Positions 32,538-43,239 of a stretch of DNA of 64,000 nt are shown here, in pieces. The notes below the pieces were generated by a model that saw only the letters and a program-made list of their open reading frames with translations, had not been told where the DNA came from and ran no database searches. This DNA comes from an uncultured Phycisphaerales bacterium. Lineage in GTDB: Bacteria > Planctomycetota > Phycisphaerae > Sedimentisphaerales > Anaerobacaceae. The position numbers and the translations under genes were made by a program. The stretch spans positions 480,001 to 544,000 of the forward strand of contig CAVYYI010000001.1 of NCBI GenBank assembly GCA_963772725.1. The letters run 5' to 3'. Numbering within the stretch: position 1 is the stretch's first letter; each line of letters begins with the position of its first letter.

Positions 32538-33947
32538 ATGGCAGAAGAAGTTGCCGGCGAATTATCCAAGGCGTGGACTTTTTTCGAGCGAGCCAGGAAA
32601 GTAGCCGAAACAAATAATTTCGACTATGCGATAGAGATGTATATTGAAGGGTTGCAATGCGCACCGGATGAGGTGCAGGATGGCCATATCAAGCTGTATG
32701 AGTTGGCTATTCAGAGGCAGTCAAAGGGGGGCAAAAAGCCTTCGATGATGGAGAAAGTAAAGCAGCTTCGCGGGGGTAAAACGCCTCTGGAGCAAATGCT
32801 TAACGCGGAGTACCTTTTTGCCAAAGACCCTGCTCACATGCCTTATGCCGAAGCGATGCTGAAAGCTGCGGTTACCGGCGGGTACAAAAAAACAGCTGGG
32901 TGGATTGCCGATTTGGTCTTCCAGATTAATAATACATCGTCGAAACCTTCCGCTCATACTTATATACTCCTGAAAGACTCATATTCGGCGATAGGCAATT
33001 ACGACAGGGCATTGCTTGCCTGTCAGTTTGCCGTCAAACAAAAGCCCGGAGATGGGGCGTTGGCGGATGAGTTTAAGCGTCTTTCGGCTGAGTTGACGGT
33101 TTCAAGAGGCAGGTATGACCAGGGCGGAGATTTCAGACAGTCTATAAAAAACCGTGAGGGGCAGGAGAAACAGCAGGCACAGGAAGGCGTAGTTAAAAGC
33201 GATGATTACCGCCTGTCGGTTGTTGAAGACGCGAGAAAGGCCTTTACGCAAGACCCGAATCTTCCCAAGAATATATTTAATCTGTCTGAGGTGCTGGCTA
33301 ATTTTCAGGAAGACAAATACGAAAATGAGGCGATTGAAATTCTCGAAAAAGCCTATAACGCAAAGAAGGATTTCAGTTTTAAGCAAAGAGCCGGCGTCAT
33401 CAAAATCCGTCAGCTAAACCGGAAAGTCAGAGAAGCCAAAGCCGCACTGGAGGCAAATCCGCACGATGCTTTAGCTAAAGCGAAATATGCGGAGTTCGTA
33501 GTCAAGCTGAGAAGTACCGAGTTGGAGCATTACCGCTTGTGCGTTGAAAATTATCCGACCGACCTGCAGGCCAAGTACGAATACGGTGTCCGTCTTATGC
33601 AGAATAAGCAGTGCGATGAGGCAATACCGCTGTTCCAGGAGGCACAGAGAGACCCGCGTCACAGGATTATAGCGATGGGTAAGATTGGTCTGTGTTTCTT
33701 TATGAAGGGCTGGTTTGCCGATGCGGCGGATGTTTTTAATCAGGCGATAGATGCCTACGAGGTAAAAGATGATAGTGTGGCAAAAGAACTGCGGTATAAT
33801 TTGGCGCGCGCCCTCGAAGAGCAGGGCGATACCAATCAGGCGCTTGAGATTTATCGTAAAATAGCTCAGCTTGATTTTGGGTACAAGGACGTTCGCAAGC
33901 GAGTTGACGAGTTAAGAAGCCGGAAATCCGGTCCGGCATCTCAGTAA
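32538..33947 (+). CDS. Tetratricopeptide-repeat protein
   Basis: Helical repeats with C-terminal KELRYNLARALE...DFGYKDV. Confidence 0.8.
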   Translation: MAEEVAGELSKAWTFFERARKVAETNNFDYAIEMYIEGLQCAPDEVQDGHIKLYELAIQRQSKGGKKPSMMEKVKQLRGGKTPLEQMLNAEYLFAKDPAHMPYAEAMLKAAVTGGYKKTAGWIADLVFQINNTSSKPSAHTYILLKDSYSAIGNYDRALLACQFAVKQKPGDGALADEFKRLSAELTVSRGRYDQGGDFRQSIKNREGQEKQQAQEGVVKSDDYRLSVVEDARKAFTQDPNLPKNIFNLSEVLANFQEDKYENEAIEILEKAYNAKKDFSFKQRAGVIKIRQLNRKVREAKAALEANPHDALAKAKYAEFVVKLRSTELEHYRLCVENYPTDLQAKYEYGVRLMQNKQCDEAIPLFQEAQRDPRHRIIAMGKIGLCFFMKGWFADAADVFNQAIDAYEVKDDSVAKELRYNLARALEEQGDTNQALEIYRKIAQLDFGYKDVRKRVDELRSRKSGPASQ

Positions 33948-34003
33948 AAATGAATAGAATTTACGTTTAGCAAATTAGTAACAATTATTTTCAGGAGAAA
34001 ACA

Positions 34004-34279
34004 GTGGCACATTCGCTATCAGCCAAAAAAAGAGTAAGACAAAACGAAAAGAAAAATACAATTAATCGTTTGCGCAGAAGCCAGGTGAAAACGCAAATTA
34101 AGAAGTTTGAAACAGTTCTTGGCAGCGGAGATGTTAATGTCGCGGCTGAACAGTATCAGCTTTTAGTAAAAAAGTTAGACAAGACGGCATCGACCAGCAC
34201 AATGCACAAGAAGACCGCCGCCAGGAAGAAATCCAGGCTTGCCAAAAAGCTTAACGCCTTAAAGGCAAAAAAAGCTTAA
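34004..34279 (+). CDS. rpsT: 30S ribosomal protein S20
   Basis: SAKKRVRQ...HKKTAARKKSRL, GTG start after AGGAG. Confidence 0.96.
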   Translation: MAHSLSAKKRVRQNEKKNTINRLRRSQVKTQIKKFETVLGSGDVNVAAEQYQLLVKKLDKTASTSTMHKKTAARKKSRLAKKLNALKAKKA

Positions 34280-34302
34280 TATAGATTTCTATAATCTAAT
34301 AA

Positions 34303-36516
34303 ATGCCAGAAATATTCAAAAGAAATATAATAAAACTGCTGCGGCATCCGGATTATACGCCGCTGAAGACCGCTCATCTGGCAAAGGCGCTGGGGGTAAG
34401 CAAAGAGGATGAGCCGCAGTTTAAAGCCGCGGTTGAGGAATTACATCAGGCAGGACACATTGTTGTAGGTGCGGGAGAGACCATTTCTTTGCCGCGTATG
34501 GCTGGTAAAATTACCGGCATATTCAGGGCCAATCCCAAGGGGTTCGGCTTTGTTGTGGCGCCCAATCCGATGGATGGGGATTTATTTATTCCGCCGGGCG
34601 AGACAGCTGATGCCATGACTGGGGACACGGTTACAGCGAAAGTTATAAGGCCCTCCAAAGGCGGCAGTCAACGATGTGTGGGTAGGATAATTGAAATTCT
34701 CAAAAGGGCGGAAAACCGTTTTGTTGGTACGCTTTTAAAGCAGGGAGCAAGCTGGTTTGTTCAGCCTGACGGAAGCACGTTTGTAAAACCCATTGCGGTC
34801 GATGATGTTACCGCTAAAAACGCTCAGCTAAAAGACAAGGTGGTTGTTGAGATAATCTCATATCCCACCGAATATGAATTCGCCAGAGGCGTAATCATCG
34901 AAGTTTTCGGCAAGAGCGGGCGCTACGACAGCGAGATAAGGTCGATAATTTATCAGTATCATTTGCCGGGCGAGTTTAACGAAAATTGCCTCAGGCAGTC
35001 ACACGATGCCGCCGCTGGGTTTAATCCGCAGGATATCCCCGACAGGGAAGACATAACAGGGAAAATAATTGTTACGATTGACCCGCCAGACGCGAAAGAT
35101 TTTGACGACGCGATAAGCCTCGAGAAAGATTCGAACGGCAACTGGGTTCTCGGCGTGCATATCGCGGATGTGAGCAATTTTATTTCGCTGGGTTCTCTGC
35201 TGGATGTCGAGGCCAATGCCCGCGGCAACAGCGTTTATCTGCCGAATAAAACAATTCCAATGCTGCCCGAAATCCTCAGCAACGGCATTTGCAGTCTTCA
35301 AGCTGGTCAAAAGCGATTTGTTAAAAGCGCATATATTACCTACGACCATGACGGCGGAATTTTATCCAAAAGGTTCGCCAACAGCATGATGTGTTCAACG
35401 CAGAGGCTAACTTATGAACAGGTTGACAAGTTGCTCAAGGGACACACCAAAGGTATCGCAGCTCCCGTTATGGGCCTTCTTAAGGATATGGAATCGCTCA
35501 GCAGGGCGATTGAGAATCGCCGCAACGAAGCTGGAATGCTCCATCTCGATTTGCCTGAAACGGAACTGATATTCGATAAAGCGGGTCGTGTTGTAGACGC
35601 CTGTCCCGCTGATACCAGTTACCCGCACACGATGATTGAGATGTTCATGGTAGAAGCCAACGAGGCCGTCGCCGCGCTTCTGGATAAGCTCAATGTTCCT
35701 TTCATGCGAAGAATACATCCCGAACCGAATATTCTAAGCATGAAAAAGCTGTCATTGCTCGCCAGGGGTTTTGGTTTTACTACCCCTCGTACCCCCGACC
35801 GTTTTTCAGTACAAAAGCTCCTTGAAGCCGCCAAAGGACAGGACTGCTCTTTGGCATTGAATTTAATCGTTCTTCGCAGTTTCGAAAAAGCCCAGTATTC
35901 ACCTCTCAATATCGGCCATTACGCCCTCGCTTCGACGCATTATTGCCATTTTACAAGCCCGATACGCCGTTACGCCGATTTGCTTATTCATCGTCTCCTG
36001 GATGAATATTTGCGTAAAGGTTCAAAGCATGTCTCCGGTGAAAAACTTTCAAAAGAAGATTTAGTCGAAATCGGCAGACATCTTACCTATACCGAGGAGC
36101 AGGCCGACGACGCAGAAACAGAGCTTAAAAAAGTTCTAATACTCCAAATGCTTAGCAGCCATATCGGCGATGAGCTTGATTGCGTCGTTACAGGCCTTAC
36201 CAGTTTCGGCGTATTTGTCCAATCGAAAAAGTTCGGTATTGACGGCCTTATCCCCATGGAAAATCTCGGCCCCGATAAATGGCAGTTTAACGCGAAGGCA
36301 AATTGTATCGTCGGTCTTGGCTCAGGTATCACCGTCTATTTAGGCAGAGCCATAAAGGTGCGCATCATTTCTGTAAACGTTCCAGCTCGGCAGTTGAATC
36401 TCTTCCCCGTTGAACCGCTCGCCGCCGGCAAAAAGAAATCAAAACCACACAAAGCCCGAAATAAATCCCAAAGATATTCCCGAAAAACCCGCTTCAAAAG
36501 AAGAAGAAGAAGATAA
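34303..36516 (+). CDS. rnr: Ribonuclease R
   Basis: GFGFV cold-shock domain, TIDPPDAKDFDDA, HFTSPIRRYADL, S1 domain, basic tail. Confidence 0.95.
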   Translation: MPEIFKRNIIKLLRHPDYTPLKTAHLAKALGVSKEDEPQFKAAVEELHQAGHIVVGAGETISLPRMAGKITGIFRANPKGFGFVVAPNPMDGDLFIPPGETADAMTGDTVTAKVIRPSKGGSQRCVGRIIEILKRAENRFVGTLLKQGASWFVQPDGSTFVKPIAVDDVTAKNAQLKDKVVVEIISYPTEYEFARGVIIEVFGKSGRYDSEIRSIIYQYHLPGEFNENCLRQSHDAAAGFNPQDIPDREDITGKIIVTIDPPDAKDFDDAISLEKDSNGNWVLGVHIADVSNFISLGSLLDVEANARGNSVYLPNKTIPMLPEILSNGICSLQAGQKRFVKSAYITYDHDGGILSKRFANSMMCSTQRLTYEQVDKLLKGHTKGIAAPVMGLLKDMESLSRAIENRRNEAGMLHLDLPETELIFDKAGRVVDACPADTSYPHTMIEMFMVEANEAVAALLDKLNVPFMRRIHPEPNILSMKKLSLLARGFGFTTPRTPDRFSVQKLLEAAKGQDCSLALNLIVLRSFEKAQYSPLNIGHYALASTHYCHFTSPIRRYADLLIHRLLDEYLRKGSKHVSGEKLSKEDLVEIGRHLTYTEEQADDAETELKKVLILQMLSSHIGDELDCVVTGLTSFGVFVQSKKFGIDGLIPMENLGPDKWQFNAKANCIVGLGSGITVYLGRAIKVRIISVNVPARQLNLFPVEPLAAGKKKSKPHKARNKSQRYSRKTRFKRRRRR

Positions 36517-36577
36517 AAATAAAAAGGCCGGACAAGACCATCCGCCCGGCCTTAAATTTATCGTACTTGCATAATTA

Positions 36578-38064
36578 GTCGTCCCTGAAAAAGTAGATTT
36601 CAGTTTCAGGCGGCATATGTAAGCTGGGCAAATTCTGCCGACAGCCCCAAATTTTGAATAAACCGGCAAAGCCAAAAAATAATTTTCCGCAGCAACTTGC
36701 GGATATTAAACCCGCAAGCGCTCAATATCGCATTAACCTTATCGCCTTCGACGCCCTTGAGGTAGTTTCTGTCCAGACCGTTATCAGATTTACAATGTCC
36801 TATCACAGGCTCAATCATACTTCGCCTGCTGTACCACTTTCGGATACTTCTCGGCAGCTTTCGCCAGCCCCTTTTGACGATATGAACCTCCGCAATATCT
36901 CCACAGCCATGACCTTTGTACCCATCATCAACATAAACATCTTCAAAACCTTTTTTATCCAGCAGTTTCATCGTCTGGGAGAGTGTATCTTTTAACGTAT
37001 GTCCATCATATGGATTCCCTTCAAAAGCAACCGCTGCGACTACAAAGGCGTTTTGAGCGGGAGACGCCAGTGCCACCTTACAGCCAAACTCATACTTCTT
37101 GTGTGCCTTGCCCTTGCTTATGCAGTTAACCTCCGGCGCGTGAATACTGTATAGCTTGTTACTGCTGTCCCGTTTCTGGGATAATAACCTCCTGGACATA
37201 TCGAGCAATTCTGAAAACTCCTGCTGCAATTGAGGCTTCTGCAATATCTTACGCTCTATATCCCTTGTAACTCTTCCCAGACAGGTCTTTAGTTTCCTTA
37301 ATTGCTTATCCGCTTTTTTGAACTGCCTGGCGTGTGAAAATCTGTGCTGCATAACAAAAGCCCTTTTGGCTACCCTCTGATAACTCTGCCGAAGTTCTAT
37401 GTCATTATCCTGTGCCTTTTTGACAAGCTTTACTCTCATCTTATGATAAAGGCGTGCATCGGTCGGAAAGGCTGTCGCCTTTTCCTGCACCGTTGTATCG
37501 ACTACTATCTTTTTTAACTGATGCGGTTTAACTGTGCCGGTTTTAAGGCCTGCGCTTATGGTCTGCTCAAGCAGCTTTTCCATACCAGCGTCCTTAATCC
37601 GGTTACGCCATTTGGTCATACTGGTTGGGTCAATCGGAAATTCATGCTGAAAATATTGCTCTCCGCAAAAATACTGCCAGTAAGGATTCTCTATCCATCT
37701 CTCAACTACAGACTCATCGCTGAGATTATATGCGCTTTTGAGATAATGAAGTCCTGCCATAAGGCGGGTGGGTTTGGCTGGTCTGCCGAAGCCCGGATCA
37801 TAGAGTTTACCGAAGGCGGCATCAAACTCTGACCAGATGATGATATTTGCCAGTTTATATAAAGGATGCTGCTCGTTTAGTATCTGCTCCAGCTTCGAGG
37901 TGAATAACATTGACTGGGAATTGCTTTGTTGTTTAGGCTGCATAAAAACCTCCATGTTTTGCAAGGAAATTAATAATAAATATCATTTCCCTGCAATTTA
38001 GCGCCAGATTTTTAAATTGCAAGCCTTTATATACAAAAAAGTTAAATTATTTTTCAGGGACGAC
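36578..38064 (-). mobile_element. IS5-family element, copy A (1487 bp)
   Basis: IR GTCGTCCCTGAAAAA at both ends, flanks TAATTA / TAAATA, near-identical to 54209..55695. Confidence 0.92.
36606..37943 (-). CDS. IS5-family DDE transposase
   Basis: WIENPYWQYFCG, VDTTVQEK, KGKAHKKYEFG, YVDDGYKG, IEPVIGHCK. Confidence 0.95.
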   Translation of the reverse strand: MQPKQQSNSQSMLFTSKLEQILNEQHPLYKLANIIIWSEFDAAFGKLYDPGFGRPAKPTRLMAGLHYLKSAYNLSDESVVERWIENPYWQYFCGEQYFQHEFPIDPTSMTKWRNRIKDAGMEKLLEQTISAGLKTGTVKPHQLKKIVVDTTVQEKATAFPTDARLYHKMRVKLVKKAQDNDIELRQSYQRVAKRAFVMQHRFSHARQFKKADKQLRKLKTCLGRVTRDIERKILQKPQLQQEFSELLDMSRRLLSQKRDSSNKLYSIHAPEVNCISKGKAHKKYEFGCKVALASPAQNAFVVAAVAFEGNPYDGHTLKDTLSQTMKLLDKKGFEDVYVDDGYKGHGCGDIAEVHIVKRGWRKLPRSIRKWYSRRSMIEPVIGHCKSDNGLDRNYLKGVEGDKVNAILSACGFNIRKLLRKIIFWLCRFIQNLGLSAEFAQLTYAA

Positions 38065-38079
38065 TAAATAATGTTAATA

Positions 38080-39325
38080 GAGACCTCTGAAAAACTATGC
38101 ATTTTTTACAAAACATTAATGCAATTATCAGCGGATATGATATAATGCGTCCATTCAATAGTCAATTTTATTGCATGGAGGCAAAGATTATGGAACGCAC
38201 AAGCAATCAACCAACATTTCTCAACAGTTTAACCTCTGACCTCGGCGGTCGTCGCACTGCTCAATTTTTTCAAAAATGCGACCAGCTTATACCATGGAAC
38301 GAACTTGCTGAGCCGTTAAGGGATATGTACAAGAACAACACCGACAAAGGCGGAGCATCGAATTATCCACTTGTAATGATGATAAAATGCATAATGCTGC
38401 AAAAGTGGTTTAATCTTTCCGACCCGATGCTCGAAGAGATGCTCTGTGACCGTATATCCTTCAGACGATTTGTAGGCCTTAAGATGGAACAGGATGCACC
38501 TGATGAAACTACTTTTGTGCAGTTTCGCAAGCGTCTTAATATAAACGGCCATATAGCTACATTATTTGATAAGACTATCGCCATACTCAAAAGTCGCGGC
38601 GTTATACTCGAGGAAGGGACCTGTGTTGATGCCACTATAATAGAAGCGCCTCGCGGCAGAACTGGCAAAGACGGTATTTCCAGCACCAAAGACAAGGCGG
38701 CAGGTTATACGAAAAAGCGTGGCAGAATATATCACGGCTATAAGGGCCATATTGCTACTGACTGTAACGGCATGATTAAAGACTACCGTTTCGATACCGC
38801 CTCAACCCATGACAGCAGGTATATTGACGAACTTGTTGAGGATGAGAAGGACAGTGTCTTTGCTGATAGTGCATATATGGATAAAGACCGAAAGGCAAAA
38901 CTGGAGGAACGCGGCGTGTTCTGCGGAATTATTCAAAAACGAGTTCGCGGCCAGAAGGAATTAACAGCCTCACAGAAATTGCATAACCGTCTGGTGGCGG
39001 GAATTCGGGCGGTGGTTGAACATCCGTTTGCGTGGATGAAGAATACCGGCTACGGCAGGACTCGATATCGAGGTATGAGGCGTAACGCCTTTGATTTTGG
39101 GTTACATGTAATAGCGTACAATTGGAAAAGGAGTTTTAGCCTGGTGAGTATTGCCGGATAACGGACAAAGCCGGCGATAAGTGTACAAAAAGATATACCA
39201 AAGGCATAAAAGAATCCTTTGGTAAGGCGAGAAAACAGTTTTTGCGGTGTATCGAAATAATTTTTCGAAGCACTTCAAGCAAAAATATAAGAGAATAATA
39301 AAATGTGAGGTTTTTCAGAGGTCTC
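38080..39325 (+). mobile_element. Second, different IS5-family element (1246 bp)
   Basis: Perfect 16-bp IR GAGACCTCTGAAAAAC and 4-bp target duplication AATA (38076-79, 39326-29). Confidence 0.92.
38190..39161 (+). CDS. IS5-family transposase
   Basis: LQKWFNLSD, SFRRFVG, PDETT, VDATII, GYKGH, FADSAY, RAVVEHPF. Confidence 0.94.
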   Translation: MERTSNQPTFLNSLTSDLGGRRTAQFFQKCDQLIPWNELAEPLRDMYKNNTDKGGASNYPLVMMIKCIMLQKWFNLSDPMLEEMLCDRISFRRFVGLKMEQDAPDETTFVQFRKRLNINGHIATLFDKTIAILKSRGVILEEGTCVDATIIEAPRGRTGKDGISSTKDKAAGYTKKRGRIYHGYKGHIATDCNGMIKDYRFDTASTHDSRYIDELVEDEKDSVFADSAYMDKDRKAKLEERGVFCGIIQKRVRGQKELTASQKLHNRLVAGIRAVVEHPFAWMKNTGYGRTRYRGMRRNAFDFGLHVIAYNWKRSFSLVSIAG

Positions 39326-39491
39326 AATAATGTAAAGAATGAAAAGAATGATGTTTTCAAAAGTTTTCTTTTTCTTTTTTTCTTTGTTTAAAAATAACGT
39401 GCAGTCCGCCGAAGGTGGATATCCGGTTAATCCTGTCTGAAAAAAGTTTGCTCTTGAAAAATGTGGCGGGATTGGGTATATTTCACTGCTT

Positions 39492-39944
39492 ATGGATGTA
39501 AGAAATGCTAAAATTTCGGATGCCAAGGCGATTTACGCCTTGATTAACTATTACGCTGAACAGGATAAGATGCTTTTCCGCTCGATGGCGGATATTTATG
39601 AGAATCTCCGCAATTTCGTCGTCGCTGAGCTTAACGGCATAATGGTCGGCTGTTGCTCGCTGCAGATTATATGGAGCGACCTGGCTGAAATCAAATCTCT
39701 GGCGGTCAACGAGGCGAACATGAATACCGGAATAGGCAAAATGCTCGTCATCGCTGCCCTTGAGCAGGCACAGCAGTTAGGGGTAAAGCAGGTTTTCGCG
39801 CTTACGCTTTCGCCTGAATTTTTCCAGAAGCTCGGATTTTCGATAGTCGAAAAAAGCGACCTGCCGATGAAAGTCTGGAGCGATTGCGCGAAATGTCCCA
39901 AGCAGCAGAACTGCGACGAAACCGCGGTTATTTACCAAGTCTAA
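39492..39944 (+). CDS. GNAT acetyltransferase (short ArgA-like amino-acid N-acetyltransferase)
   Basis: LAEIKSLAV, GIGKML, VFALT, LPMKVWSDCAKCPKQQNCDE. Confidence 0.8.
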   Translation: MDVRNAKISDAKAIYALINYYAEQDKMLFRSMADIYENLRNFVVAELNGIMVGCCSLQIIWSDLAEIKSLAVNEANMNTGIGKMLVIAALEQAQQLGVKQVFALTLSPEFFQKLGFSIVEKSDLPMKVWSDCAKCPKQQNCDETAVIYQV

Positions 39945-40020
39945 AAGACGCTCGCGGCCTAATCCACATATTTCATTAACCGCAGAGAAAACCGGACGCA
40001 AGACGAAGTAATCAATTGTA

Positions 40021-40983
40021 TTATCCAACCTGTCGGCGCTGGAAAAGGGCGACGGCTGCGCAAAGGGCGGCGGCGGTATAGCACAATGAATATAAACAAC
40101 TGATTAAAATGTATTTGAAGGGGACAACGCTACCCTCATAAATGGCGTCACATATCCAGAAAACCTGCAGGTTAGGCACAAGAGAATAACATACTTTTGC
40201 CCATAAATGCGTATGGGCCAACTGACCGAAGGCATAATCGCTGACCAGTCCGAGGAGAAAAATACCAATACAAACGGAGAGCGTTACGACTATATTGAAT
40301 CTGGTCGAAAGCATGACCGCCAGAGCGGCGATAATCAGTGCCGCGAAAAACAATATTACACAGCCGTAAACATCAAGCAGGTTTATGTTATTTTCGGAAG
40401 GGTTGAAATGCCAGTTTTTGTCGATGAAGGCCATAAATACAATGCTCAGTGTCGCGAAAACGCCGCCTAACACGATAGCGGTCGAAGAAAATCTCCAATC
40501 GTAAGTGTAGTTAAAAAAGGCACTTAGCGATAAAATTATCACTATTGAAGCTCCTGCCGCGGCCAGCACAGTCATATCGGAAACGTCGCTTGCGGTTTCG
40601 AGAACACCGTGCCTGATAGCCATTAGAAGGGCGATTGAGCATATATAATGGGCAAGAAGGATGGCACCGGCGATGCCTAAAAACTTCGCGAGAATAAAGA
40701 CGGGACGCTGTACGGGTTTACTGAGAACTGTAACTATGGTCTTATTTTCTATTTCATCTGCCACCGCCCCTGACGCCGAGAAAATTGCTATGAACAAACT
40801 GCTCAGGAAAAGCGTAGAAAGACATAATTCGCGAAGAAGCTTATTGTCGTCGCTCATTGTGTACATAGTTAATGACGGGCTCAGGAAGAACAGGAGCAGT
40901 GAGGACGCGATAATTATGGCGTAAACAGGCTGTCTTAAAGTCTCTACAAAAGTATTTTGAGCTAATGTTAATAGTTTTCTCAT
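40021..40983 (-). CDS. ABC-2-type permease
   Basis: AQNTFVETLRQP, EIENKT..TVLSKPV.R..FILAKFLG, multiple transmembrane segments, C-terminal FQRRQVG. Confidence 0.82.
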   Translation of the reverse strand: MRKLLTLAQNTFVETLRQPVYAIIIASSLLLFFLSPSLTMYTMSDDNKLLRELCLSTLFLSSLFIAIFSASGAVADEIENKTIVTVLSKPVQRPVFILAKFLGIAGAILLAHYICSIALLMAIRHGVLETASDVSDMTVLAAAGASIVIILSLSAFFNYTYDWRFSSTAIVLGGVFATLSIVFMAFIDKNWHFNPSENNINLLDVYGCVILFFAALIIAALAVMLSTRFNIVVTLSVCIGIFLLGLVSDYAFGQLAHTHLWAKVCYSLVPNLQVFWICDAIYEGSVVPFKYILISCLYSLCYTAAALCAAVALFQRRQVG

Positions 40984-41169
40984 TGCTTATGTCTATAACG
41001 AAAAAGCGGTATCCAAAAAAATGTAAATTTTATAAAATTTTATAAATAGTCTCTATACTAAAATAACCATTGCTGTTATACTACTGTGCTTATAAATTGT
41101 AAAGAATTAATTGATTATACTTGATTTGCAATCTTTTTGTTCGAAAAGGAAAATTTTTAGGGAAGAGAA

Positions 41170-43239
41170 ATGGCAGTATTATCCAAACGTGCGGAACATA
41201 CATCAGCAGCGTCCCTGGTTTTGAGCATTATATTTTTTGTAGCGGCGTTTCTTTTCGGCCGATGGAGCGGCTTTTTTGCAATCACTGCGTTAAGCTGGTT
41301 TGTTTTGTCATCTGTCCTGGTTTGGCTTGCGCTGTGGGCGCAGTTTCATCAGCGTGCGCTGGCGGAACAGGAAAAGCTCGATATGGGCCAGTTAGACAAG
41401 TCCCAAAAACTTTCCACAGTGTTTCAGGCTAAAACCGAGCAGGCAGCATTATTGGCGGTTGCGCAGAAGCGGCTTGTATTGCTGGAAAAATGGTTCCTGC
41501 CCATATTCTCCGCTTTAATAGCCGGCTACCAGATAGCCATCGGGCTTTACCTGCTTAACTTTCTTTCGGTGGAAACTTTGGCTTTCGAGGAGCAGAAACA
41601 GCCTTTTGTTTGCGCTATTTTTATGGCGGCGATAGCCTTTGTGAGTTTCCTGATGTCGCGATATGCAACGGGTATGTCCGCCAGCGAGGATGTTCCGGTG
41701 TGGAAACCGTTAAGGGCGGGGGGCAGTTTTCTTTTGGCGTCGGCGATTCTGTGTTTTATCCTGGCGATAGCGCTGACGGTTGCCGCCTACTTTAGAAACT
41801 TTATTTTAATAGATATAACCGGCTGGGTAATCGCGGGTTTACTTATTGTTATCGGCATTGAAATCGCGTTAAATGTGATTCTGGATATTTACAGGCCGAG
41901 AATAAAGGGCGTTTACAGCAGAAGCGCTTTTGACAGCCGGTTGCTGGGGATTATTAATGAACCGACCGCGATATTACGCACTGCCGCCGGAGCGATAGAT
42001 TATCAGTTCGGCTTCAAAGTCTCACAAACGTGGTTTTATAAACTTCTCGAAAAGGCGATTGTCCCGCTGCTTTTATTTGCGGCGGTTGTTTTGTACCTTG
42101 TAAGTACGGCTGTTGTAATCGCTCCCGATGAACAGGCTGTTATAGAACATTTTGGGAATCCCCTTGACAGTTCCGGCAAGCCGAGAGTCGCAGGGCCTGG
42201 ATTGATTTTTAAATGGCCATGGCCGATTGATATCGCCTATAAATATCCCACGAATAAAATTATGGAGCTTAGCATAGGCTTTGTCCCTAAAGCTTATAAG
42301 GAAAATGAAAGACGTGAACCGCTGTTGTGGGGAAAAAGCCATTACGCCAAAGAGGAGATGCTGCTGGTAGCCAGCGAATCACGGCAGACGGGCGGCGGCG
42401 CAGTTCCGGTAAGTCTTGTCATAGCCACTGTTCCGGTACAGTATAAAGTCAAAGATGTATATTCTTTCATTTACACGAATAATGAACCTAATAAGCTGCT
42501 TGAGGCGATATGCTATGAGGAGCTTACAAAGTTTGCCGCCAGCGCGACTATCGAGGTTGACAATCAGGTTGATATCGGCCGGAGTCTTCTCGGCGCCGGC
42601 AGGGGAGATGCTGAAAAAACTATCAGTGACAGAGTTCAAAAGGCCGCCGATAAGGCAGGACTTGGTATTGAAATAGTATTTCTCGGTTTACAGGGAATTC
42701 ACCCGCCTCCTGAGGTGGCAGCAGAGTATGAAAAGGTCATTGGCTCGGTGCAGACAAAACAGGCACTTGTGCTTAATGCCGATGCCGAGAGCAACATGAT
42801 TTTGTCAAATCTTGTTGGTTCTGTTGCCGATGCCAATACTCTATATAATCTTGCGGCTCGTTACCAGCAGGCAAGACGCGAGGGGAATGCTGAACAAACT
42901 GAAAAACTGGGCAAGGAACTCGATACTACTTTTGCCGCAGCGAAAGGCGACATCTTTAAGACGCTCAGGCAGGCCCAGAGTTATGCTTATGAAAAGGTTA
43001 CGCTTGCCGAGGCGACCGGTCAGCGATTTGCCGGCCAGATTATGGCATACAGGGCATCGCCTGAATTTTACAGGAGAGAGCAGCTGTTGAACGTTTATGA
43101 AAATTCAATGAGCAATATACGGAAATATGTAATAGTATCGGATAAAAATAATACAGAAATATTTGAAATTGACCTTAAGGAAAAGTTAACACCGAGTTTA
43201 TATGATGTAGGCGGTGTTGAGGAGACCAGCACAAAATGA
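41170..43239 (+). CDS. Multi-TM domain + SPFH (HflK-like) fusion protein
   Basis: About 8 hydrophobic helices, then EQAVIEHFG, GPGLIFKWPWPI, GIHPPPEVA, AQSYA...EATG, YRASPEFY. Confidence 0.8.
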   Translation: MAVLSKRAEHTSAASLVLSIIFFVAAFLFGRWSGFFAITALSWFVLSSVLVWLALWAQFHQRALAEQEKLDMGQLDKSQKLSTVFQAKTEQAALLAVAQKRLVLLEKWFLPIFSALIAGYQIAIGLYLLNFLSVETLAFEEQKQPFVCAIFMAAIAFVSFLMSRYATGMSASEDVPVWKPLRAGGSFLLASAILCFILAIALTVAAYFRNFILIDITGWVIAGLLIVIGIEIALNVILDIYRPRIKGVYSRSAFDSRLLGIINEPTAILRTAAGAIDYQFGFKVSQTWFYKLLEKAIVPLLLFAAVVLYLVSTAVVIAPDEQAVIEHFGNPLDSSGKPRVAGPGLIFKWPWPIDIAYKYPTNKIMELSIGFVPKAYKENERREPLLWGKSHYAKEEMLLVASESRQTGGGAVPVSLVIATVPVQYKVKDVYSFIYTNNEPNKLLEAICYEELTKFAASATIEVDNQVDIGRSLLGAGRGDAEKTISDRVQKAADKAGLGIEIVFLGLQGIHPPPEVAAEYEKVIGSVQTKQALVLNADAESNMILSNLVGSVADANTLYNLAARYQQARREGNAEQTEKLGKELDTTFAAAKGDIFKTLRQAQSYAYEKVTLAEATGQRFAGQIMAYRASPEFYRREQLLNVYENSMSNIRKYVIVSDKNNTEIFEIDLKEKLTPSLYDVGGVEETSTK

